Below, piece after piece: positions 57,202 to 64,000 of a stretch of DNA of 64,000 nucleotides. Below the pieces are notes generated by a model. The model saw only the letters and a list, made by a program, of their open reading frames with translations, was not told where the DNA came from and did not search any database. Where the stretch lies: NCBI GenBank assembly GCA_050251875.1, contig JBFWMA010000006.1:1-64000 (forward strand), written 5' to 3'. The stretch comes from Deferribacterales bacterium (GTDB lineage Bacteria; Chrysiogenota; Deferribacteres; Deferribacterales; Geovibrionaceae). How positions within the stretch are numbered: position 1 is the first letter of the stretch; each line of letters starts with the position of its first letter. The translations under genes were made by a program, and so were the position numbers.

Positions 57202-57465
57202 ATGAAACCATCTATGGAATTTATGAATAATGTCTACTCTGTGCTGGGACACATAAACGAAAATATAGAGCAGACAAAGGTCTCTATTCTTCTGGAGAAA
57301 AAGGTTGAGTCAGGCGGAGAAACCTATAACCTTCTTCTGAAAGGAGAAAAAGACTGCGATGTTTTTACTCTCGCCAGCGAGCTTACAGATGAACAGCTCA
57401 AATGGTATGTTTTCGGTCTTGGCGACGGAATGGGACTGAAGCCCGAAATACTTGAGATCGCGTAA
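57202..57465 (+). CDS. Hypothetical protein, 87 aa, acidic
   Basis: GAGGTG SD and its own terminator; no recognised motif. Confidence 0.72.
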   Translation: MKPSMEFMNNVYSVLGHINENIEQTKVSILLEKKVESGGETYNLLLKGEKDCDVFTLASELTDEQLKWYVFGLGDGMGLKPEILEIA

Positions 57466-57468
57466 TAC

Positions 57469-57493
57469 AGGGCAGGGTCTCTTGCCCTTTTTT
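57469..57493 (+). terminator. Rho-independent terminator
   Basis: AGGGCAGG-GTCT-CTTGCCCT followed by a T tract. Confidence 0.7.
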
Positions 57494-57564
57494 CTTTTCT
57501 GTTGACCTTATCACCCTTAAACTGTAATTTTATCCTAACAGTCTTTCTGACGTGAGTTTTAATA

Positions 57565-58647
57565 TTGAAAATATATCTATTTATAAAATATCTGGCACAA
57601 TACGGCGGCGCCGAGAGGATATGCTTCCGCTTCGCTGAATATCTGAAAAACAGAGGCGAGGACGTCACCGTTATCTGCGGAAAAAACAGGCTGAAATCAG
57701 AATGCCCCTTCCCTTTCACAGAGCTGGGCATAGGCAGGAGCAGATACGCCAGAGCGAAAGATTTTTATAACAAAGCGTCAGCATACGCAAACGATCTGAA
57801 CGGCGTGATTTTCAGTTTCGAAAAAATGGATAACGCCCACATAATCCGCCCCGGAGGCGGAGTCCACACCATCTTTATGAAGAAATCAACGCTGGGCATG
57901 ACACCCCTGCAAAAACTGAAAAAAAACATCAAGCGCACTCTCGATCCGGTGAACAGGCTGAACCCTGTGCTGGAACAGAGAGCCTTCTCATCAGATAAAC
58001 TGAAAACCATAATCGCCATCTCTCAACAGCTGGCGGACGAAATCGCCCTCACCTATCCCTATGCCGCCGCAAAGATTCAGGTGGTGCATAACGGAGTGAG
58101 AAAACAGGTCTTCTCCGCCGAAAGACGGAGACAGCTCAGAACCAGAACGGACAACGACACGGTGATAGGCTTCGCTTCCACCAATTTTCAGCTGAAAGGT
58201 CTGGCGCCGCTCATAGAATCTCTGGCGCTTCTACCGGAAAGTTTCAGGCTGGTCATCGCCGGGGACAGAAACCCTGATAAATACCTCTCCATGGCGAAGA
58301 AACTCGGCGTGGAGAACAGAATAAAATTTCTGGGCAAAGTCACCGAGATGGATAAATTCTATGCCGACACAGATATATTCTGCCTGCCGACCTATTTCGA
58401 CACATTCGGCAACGTTGTGTCCGAGGCGCTGGCGATGGGAGTACCCTGCTGTGTGTCAAAATACGCCGGAAGCAGCGAGCTGATAAAAGAAGGCGTGAAC
58501 GGCAGTGTTATCCACGACATCACTCCAGAAAAAATCGCCTCGTCACTGAAAGCCTCGGCGGAGCTGAAAGACTTTGCCGATCCCACTCAGGACGATGATG
58601 AGATATTCGAAAAATATCTGGAGATAAGCAGAAAGGTGATATCATGA
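57565..58647 (+). CDS. GT4 LPS core glycosyltransferase (WaaG/WabG-like)
   Basis: GGAER, RPGGGVH, HNGV, NFQLKGL, PTYFDTFGNVVSEALAMG. Confidence 0.85.
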   Translation: MKIYLFIKYLAQYGGAERICFRFAEYLKNRGEDVTVICGKNRLKSECPFPFTELGIGRSRYARAKDFYNKASAYANDLNGVIFSFEKMDNAHIIRPGGGVHTIFMKKSTLGMTPLQKLKKNIKRTLDPVNRLNPVLEQRAFSSDKLKTIIAISQQLADEIALTYPYAAAKIQVVHNGVRKQVFSAERRRQLRTRTDNDTVIGFASTNFQLKGLAPLIESLALLPESFRLVIAGDRNPDKYLSMAKKLGVENRIKFLGKVTEMDKFYADTDIFCLPTYFDTFGNVVSEALAMGVPCCVSKYAGSSELIKEGVNGSVIHDITPEKIASSLKASAELKDFADPTQDDDEIFEKYLEISRKVIS

Positions 58648-59660
58648 AATTCCTCGTTATCCAGCTCTATCAGACAGGCGATGTGGTTCTGACGACACAC
58701 ATCCCCAGAGAGCTGAAAAAACTCTATCCGGACGCTCAGATAGATTTCCTGACTTTCTCCGTCAACCGTCAGCTTCTGGAGAACAGCCCGTACATCACGG
58801 AGATTCTCACCACCAGCAAAAAAGACGGCATAAAAGGACTGATAAATACCATCCGGCAGATAAGAAAAAACAGATATGACGCTGTGCTCGACCTCCACAA
58901 CAACCCCAGATCAGGCTACTGCGCTCTGTTCAGCGGTGCGAAATACCGTGTGGGATACGGCAGCACATCCAGAAAATTTTTCTATAACACCCTGCCCCAG
59001 AGACTCACAGGCTCAGCAGGAGAAATAAAACTGTCGCTCATTCAGCCTTTTGATAAAAACTTCGACATGACAAAATATTACACCAAACCGGAGATACATC
59101 CGGCGCCGGAATATTTTCAGAAGGCGGACGAGGTGCTGAGTGGCTTCGGCATCTCAGACACGGATTTCATGGTTACCATGTCACCTACCCACAAAAGAGC
59201 TACCAGACGCTGGACAGCGAGCCATTTTCTGGATACGGCAAAGTATCTGACAGACAAGCATAAAGCGAAAATAGTAATAACATACGGTCCGGGCGAAGAG
59301 GACTATATTCAGGAACATTTCTCCGATCTTCCGGAGAACGTTTTTCTGATACCTCCTATGTCCATGGGCGCTTTCGCCGCTCTCATCGGCAGGGCGAAAC
59401 TGCACATAGGAAACGATTCAGCGCCCCACCACATAGCCACAGCGCAGAATGTGCCGACATTCATCATAATAGGCTCCACCAGCGCCGGATGGGTTTATAA
59501 CTCGCCGGAACACACATGGGTTTCGCTGGGGATGGAATGTCAGCCCTGCAAAAAGGCGGAATGTAAAATTTCACCGGATATTCCCTGTATGTCCGGACTC
59601 ACTTTTGATAAGATAAAAGATAAACTGGAGAATTTCATACAACATGCAGTCAAAAAATAA
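58644..59660 (+). CDS. GT9 ADP-heptose:LPS heptosyltransferase family protein
   Basis: GDVVLTT, YDAVLDL, RRW, GPGE, GNDSAPHHIA; Cys-rich tail CQPC...C...C. Confidence 0.88.
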   Translation: MKFLVIQLYQTGDVVLTTHIPRELKKLYPDAQIDFLTFSVNRQLLENSPYITEILTTSKKDGIKGLINTIRQIRKNRYDAVLDLHNNPRSGYCALFSGAKYRVGYGSTSRKFFYNTLPQRLTGSAGEIKLSLIQPFDKNFDMTKYYTKPEIHPAPEYFQKADEVLSGFGISDTDFMVTMSPTHKRATRRWTASHFLDTAKYLTDKHKAKIVITYGPGEEDYIQEHFSDLPENVFLIPPMSMGAFAALIGRAKLHIGNDSAPHHIATAQNVPTFIIIGSTSAGWVYNSPEHTWVSLGMECQPCKKAECKISPDIPCMSGLTFDKIKDKLENFIQHAVKK

Positions 59661-61626
59661 ATCAATCCCCGTGCTCTGCTACCACAAGGTATCCTACAAT
59701 GACGGTATAACTCCCGACAGATTTGAGGAACATCTCGAATATCTGAAAAACAACGGCTTCACGGCTATTTCGGCCAGACAGCTTGTGGATTTCATGGAGA
59801 ACGGCGCTGACGTGCCGGAAAAACCTGTGGTGCTCACATTTGACGACTGCTTTCTGGACAACTGGGTATACGCCATGCCCATGCTGGAAAAATACGGCTG
59901 GAGAGGCGTATTCTTCTGTATAACGGACTTTACCGGAAAAGGCGACACAAGACCTCAAATGGGCTCTGAAAACCTGCCGGAGATCAAGCCAGCCACCGAG
60001 AGCTATATAGAGGCGATCAGCGGAGACAAGACACAGTTTCTGAACGAAGCCGAGCTGATCGAGGCGCACAAAAAAGGACACGAGATATACAGCCACACCT
60101 GCACCCACATGATGACATTCCGAAATATCAAAAGCCGCGGGGCATATCCCAAGAAATTTCACTGGGGCATGGCGTGGATATACGGCGGAATGCACGAAGG
60201 AGACGTTCTGTATCAGAAAGCCTCCGCATATGCCTTTGACGGCGTGAAGCCCGCCGGAGACAGCTTCAGAGCCAGAACCACAAAAGAGCGCTATGACTTC
60301 TGTCTGGATGAATATAAACGAAGCCGGAAATATCTGGAAGATCTGCTGGGAGTCAACGACCTCGACATGTTCTGCCACCCCTGGGGCGATTTTGACGATG
60401 TGAACACTCAGGCGCTCAGAGACGCCGGATACAAGGCGGCTTTCACTCTGGAGCGTTTCTCCAACTGTGTTGGCGAAGACCCCATGTATATCAACAGGAT
60501 AGGTGTCGGGTTCAAGACAGAGGTGAAATGGCTGAAGAGCAAACTGAGCATATACAGCAATAGATTCACAGCCAGACTCTTTTTCAAGAAATTCACCAAA
60601 AAAGGCGAGATAAACAGAATCCTGTATATCACCGATTCCACAAAATTTTCCAGTGGCGGCATACGCCAGCTGATGTATAACCTCAGAGGACTGTCCGAAA
60701 TGGGCTTCCGCCCTGTTCTGGTCTGCAAAAAAGACTCAGAGATAGCCGAAATGGGGGCAAAATACGCTGATGTCAGATACGCCGACTTCTCTTCCGTGTT
60801 CAGAGCGGCGGATGACGTGAAAAAAGTCATCAGCGAATATAAACCGAACATAATACACACCTATCACAACAAGGCTCACAAAGCCGCCGTGACAGCCAAG
60901 ATAAAATCCGGCACAAAGGCGAAGCTGTTTGTGAACAGAGGCGTTCTGGCAAAACCCGGAAACCTGCTCTATTACATCAATCCGTTCGTAAACGGATTCA
61001 CAGTGAACTCTAAAGAGTGCGCAAAGGTGCTGGCGTCCAGATTCATCAATAAGAAAAAGATAAACCTCATACACAACGGCATCGACACCTCTGTTTTCAA
61101 CCCGAAAGCAGGCACAGGCAAAACCCGTGTGGTCTACATAGGCAACGAGGCTCCGGTGAAGGGATGCGATCTCTTCTATAAGGCGATATCACAGGTGAAA
61201 GACGTTGAGTTCCAGCCTGTGGTTATAGGGCTGGCTGAGGCATGGGAAAAGGACGGTGTTATCTCCACAGGCAAGCTGAGAGACGTTCAGAATGAGCTGT
61301 TCGAGGGAGATATTTTCGTTCTCAGCTCCCGCTCGGAAAGTTTTCCTAACGTTCTGCTGGAGGCTATGGCGTGCGGAATGGCGGCCGTCTGCTTCGATGT
61401 GGGAGCGGTCAGCGAGATAATCGAGGACGGGGTGAACGGATATATAGCGCCTCAGGAGGACACCTCCGCTCTGGCGTCCAGGATAGAATATCTGCTGAAA
61501 AATCCCGAAATAAGATCAACAATGGGCAAAAAAAACCGGCAGGATGTCACCCGCCGGTTCTCATATCATTCTAAGTGCGTTAATCTGCTGAAACTTTACA
61601 GCGGAGAAACATTCAGAAGTTTCTGA
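59644..61626 (+). CDS. Fusion of polysaccharide deacetylase (CE4) and GT4 glycosyltransferase
   Basis: N-terminal PVLCYH, LTFDD, SHTCTH, CHPWG; C-terminal HNGID, KG, SRSESFPNVLLEAMACG; one uninterrupted 660-aa ORF. Confidence 0.88.
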   Translation: MQSKNKSIPVLCYHKVSYNDGITPDRFEEHLEYLKNNGFTAISARQLVDFMENGADVPEKPVVLTFDDCFLDNWVYAMPMLEKYGWRGVFFCITDFTGKGDTRPQMGSENLPEIKPATESYIEAISGDKTQFLNEAELIEAHKKGHEIYSHTCTHMMTFRNIKSRGAYPKKFHWGMAWIYGGMHEGDVLYQKASAYAFDGVKPAGDSFRARTTKERYDFCLDEYKRSRKYLEDLLGVNDLDMFCHPWGDFDDVNTQALRDAGYKAAFTLERFSNCVGEDPMYINRIGVGFKTEVKWLKSKLSIYSNRFTARLFFKKFTKKGEINRILYITDSTKFSSGGIRQLMYNLRGLSEMGFRPVLVCKKDSEIAEMGAKYADVRYADFSSVFRAADDVKKVISEYKPNIIHTYHNKAHKAAVTAKIKSGTKAKLFVNRGVLAKPGNLLYYINPFVNGFTVNSKECAKVLASRFINKKKINLIHNGIDTSVFNPKAGTGKTRVVYIGNEAPVKGCDLFYKAISQVKDVEFQPVVIGLAEAWEKDGVISTGKLRDVQNELFEGDIFVLSSRSESFPNVLLEAMACGMAAVCFDVGAVSEIIEDGVNGYIAPQEDTSALASRIEYLLKNPEIRSTMGKKNRQDVTRRFSYHSKCVNLLKLYSGETFRSF

Positions 61627-62774
61627 GTGTCCTTCACCAGACTGAATCTGCTGCCGCTGCCGTAGTTCAGGTCGATCTTAGCCGCATAGGGCTTTATATA
61701 CTCGGCAAAAGCGGTCTTCTCGCCTTTGGGCAGTTTCAGAGGAGGAGATGTAAATGTCAGAGGGTTCAGAAATTTTGAGCCCTGTTTAATGCGGTAGTCA
61801 AGGTGAGGTCCGGAAGAAATACCTGTAGAACCCACATATCCTATTGTATCGCCCTGAGATACTTTTGAGCCTTTTCTTATCTTAGCGAATTTTGACAGGT
61901 GCAGATAGAGTGTCTCATATCCGTTTGCGTGTCTGATCTTCACATAGTTTCCGTTGAACTGATTGTATTCTCTGTTCAGAACAACTCCTGACGCTGTGGC
62001 GTGTATGGGTGTACCCACCGGGGCGGCATAGTCAACGCCGTGGTGAGGCAGATATTTGTTAAGAACTGGATGCAGGCGTCTGCCTGTGTATGTGGATGAT
62101 ATTCTGGAATATTTCAGGGGTGCTTTCAGGAATCCTCTTTTCAGAGATGTCCCGTCCGGTCTGAAATATCCCTTTGTGGTGTCGGATTCATAATACAGAC
62201 CTCTGATGAGTTTTCCCTGATTTATGAAATCGGCGGCAAGAATTTTTCCGTAGCCGATGAATTTGTCTTTTGCGAATTTCTTCTCAACCAGCATGGTGAA
62301 TGAGTCGCCCTTGCGCAGAGCGTGGAAGAAATCTATCTCCCATTCGTATATATCCGCCAGAATGAAAGCCAGTTCAGTGTTCTCTCCGGAAGAGGTCACT
62401 GCCTCCACCAGACTGGAATTAATAACGCCGGACACCACAGATGTGATGGTGTATACCGGATGCTTAGTCACCTTCAGATTGTAGGCATCGTCCCCCAGCA
62501 GATTGATGGAAATATCAGTCAGACTGTTGGGCGAAAGAGTGACGGAAGCGGGAGATATTTTAACCACTGTCCCGATCCTCAGAGTAAAATCCGGAAGAGC
62601 TTTTTTAAGATCTTTTTCCAGATTGATTATTTTGGGAGCCGACAGCTTGTCTGAAAAAATAGAGAAAAGGCTTTCACCCGTCTGAACCTTATAGACCTCA
62701 GCATTGGCAAAAGCGGACGCGAATGAAAACAAAAGTATGATAACAAATATAAAAAGTTTAGGCGCCTGCTGCAT
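61596..62774 (-). CDS. M23-family peptidoglycan DD-endopeptidase (MepM-like)
   Basis: HHGVDYAAP.GTPI, YLHLS, GSTG.SSGPHLDY; N-terminal TM; start ATG 62774 after GAGGA. Confidence 0.92.
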   Translation of the reverse strand: MQQAPKLFIFVIILLFSFASAFANAEVYKVQTGESLFSIFSDKLSAPKIINLEKDLKKALPDFTLRIGTVVKISPASVTLSPNSLTDISINLLGDDAYNLKVTKHPVYTITSVVSGVINSSLVEAVTSSGENTELAFILADIYEWEIDFFHALRKGDSFTMLVEKKFAKDKFIGYGKILAADFINQGKLIRGLYYESDTTKGYFRPDGTSLKRGFLKAPLKYSRISSTYTGRRLHPVLNKYLPHHGVDYAAPVGTPIHATASGVVLNREYNQFNGNYVKIRHANGYETLYLHLSKFAKIRKGSKVSQGDTIGYVGSTGISSGPHLDYRIKQGSKFLNPLTFTSPPLKLPKGEKTAFAEYIKPYAAKIDLNYGSGSRFSLVKDTQKLLNVSPL

Positions 62775-63375
62775 TCTTCCTCCTCTTTCTGTACCAGAGG
62801 GTATATCCCCCCACCACAACCGCAAGTAAACACATAGTTATTATAGTAATCGGCCTTAAATTCGATTTAATTAGTTCAATATTATTACCAACGACATATC
62901 CCATGACAGCCAGAACAACCACCCATATGCCGGCGCCGAACGAGGTGTAGAACACGAATTTTCCCATGTTCATCCCGGCAAGCCCGGCGGGAAAAGAGAT
63001 ATATTGCCTCACAACTGGAATCAGCCTTCCGGCGAAGGTGGTTATCTCTCCGTGGACGCTGAAATATTTTTCCATCTTATCAAGTTTTTCCGGAGGCAGC
63101 AGAAAGAATCTGCCGTATTTCAGCAGAAGTCCCCTGCCCATGTAGACAGCCAGAGCATAGTTAACCAGAGCGCCGATCACAGATCCCGCTATGCCGCTTA
63201 TCACCACAAGATAGATGTTCATCTGACCCTGAGCCGCCAGATATCCGGCGGGAGGCACAACGACCTCGCTGGGAAACGGAACGAAAGAGCTCTCCAGAGC
63301 CATCAGGATAACTATCCCCGCATATCCCATTCCGTCCACGCTGTGCAGGATGAACTGCACAAATGAATCAAGCAT
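62758..63375 (-). CDS. DedA family membrane protein
   Basis: MALESSFVPFPSEVV.PPAG, FAGRLIPVVRQYISFPAG. Confidence 0.93.
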   Translation of the reverse strand: MLDSFVQFILHSVDGMGYAGIVILMALESSFVPFPSEVVVPPAGYLAAQGQMNIYLVVISGIAGSVIGALVNYALAVYMGRGLLLKYGRFFLLPPEKLDKMEKYFSVHGEITTFAGRLIPVVRQYISFPAGLAGMNMGKFVFYTSFGAGIWVVVLAVMGYVVGNNIELIKSNLRPITIITMCLLAVVVGGYTLWYRKRRKNAAGA

Positions 63376-64000
63376 TCAGCATATCCTCTGTCATCTCCAT
63401 CGCCTGTCTGAGAGCGGATTCCGTGGCGCTTCCGGCTATCATGCCCGCCAGAACCTCCATCCGCCTGCTCTCCTCTATTTCAGAAATCTCAGTTTTCGCT
63501 ATCTCATTATCCAGAGACTTTGTAATGTGAAAGTGTTTCACTCCGGCGCACGCCACAACGGGCAGGTGGGTTATCACGATAACCTGTCTGGACTGCGCCA
63601 CCCGTTTCAGCTTCACAGCCACCTGTCTGGCGGTCTTTCCGCTGATTCCGGTGTCTATCTCGTCAAAAACCAGAGTATGCACTCTGTCTCTGGAGGCGAA
63701 CACCTCTTTCATCGCCAGCATCACACGGGATATCTCTCCGCCGGACGCCACTTTCTGGATAGGTCCCGGCTCAAAACCGGGGTTGGTGCTGATATAAAAC
63801 TCCGCTCGGATACCGGCGGACGCATCTATATCGCCTGTTTCTTCAAACACCACCTTAAAGACAGAGTTCTTGAGCTCAAGTTCACTCAGTCCGGCGATTA
63901 TTTTATCTTCTATAAAATTTGCTGTTTTTCTTCTCTCGGTGTTCAGGATATCGGCTTTTTTAAGAGCTTCGTTCTTCAGCTTTTCCAGCTCTTTTTCCAA
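63368..64000 (-). CDS. recN: DNA repair protein RecN, C-terminal part (starts beyond the window)
   Basis: NPG, VASGGEISRVMLA, FDEIDTGISG, QVIVITHLP. Confidence 0.95.
   Translation of the reverse strand: MEKELEKLKNEALKKADILNTERRKTANFIEDKIIAGLSELELKNSVFKVVFEETGDIDASAGIRAEFYISTNPGFEPGPIQKVASGGEISRVMLAMKEVFASRDRVHTLVFDEIDTGISGKTARQVAVKLKRVAQSRQVIVITHLPVVACAGVKHFHITKSLDNEIAKTEISEIEESRRMEVLAGMIAGSATESALRQAMEMTEDMLNA

Overview
A gene-dense, mid-GC bacterial chromosomal window of mostly housekeeping genes. Gene content (two PaaK-like CoA ligases, 2-oxoacid:ferredoxin oxidoreductase, class II B12 ribonucleotide reductase, futalosine-pathway mqnA, di-heme cytochrome c peroxidase, GatCAB, LPS core glycosyltransferases, sigma54 promoters, MCPs) indicates an anaerobic or microaerophilic Gram-negative organism; it resembles Deferribacterota, but that is an impression, not a database result. 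I found no CRISPR array, prophage, integrase, transposase or defence system. The most distinctive signals are non-coding. (1) A 100-130 bp multi-hairpin intergenic repeat occurs three times (an inverted pair at 9902-10185 and one at 16107-16207); its stems change sequence while staying base-paired, and its loops and linkers are conserved. (2) Three further palindromic repeat families are present, including a GTAG-REP cluster that supplies a gene's stop codon. (3) Three near-consensus sigma54 promoters each have candidate activator sites about 50-90 bp upstream. (4) A tRNA-Gln has an A1-U72 pair and sits 15 nt before an SD-less proB. Notable coding modules: an RgtE/RgtF/RgtD-like lipid A modification trio, a deacetylase-GT4 fusion in the LPS cluster, a sigma-less partner-switching module, a soluble MCP with a C-terminal Cache domain, and a small zinc-ribbon protein heading an amino acid ABC operon.
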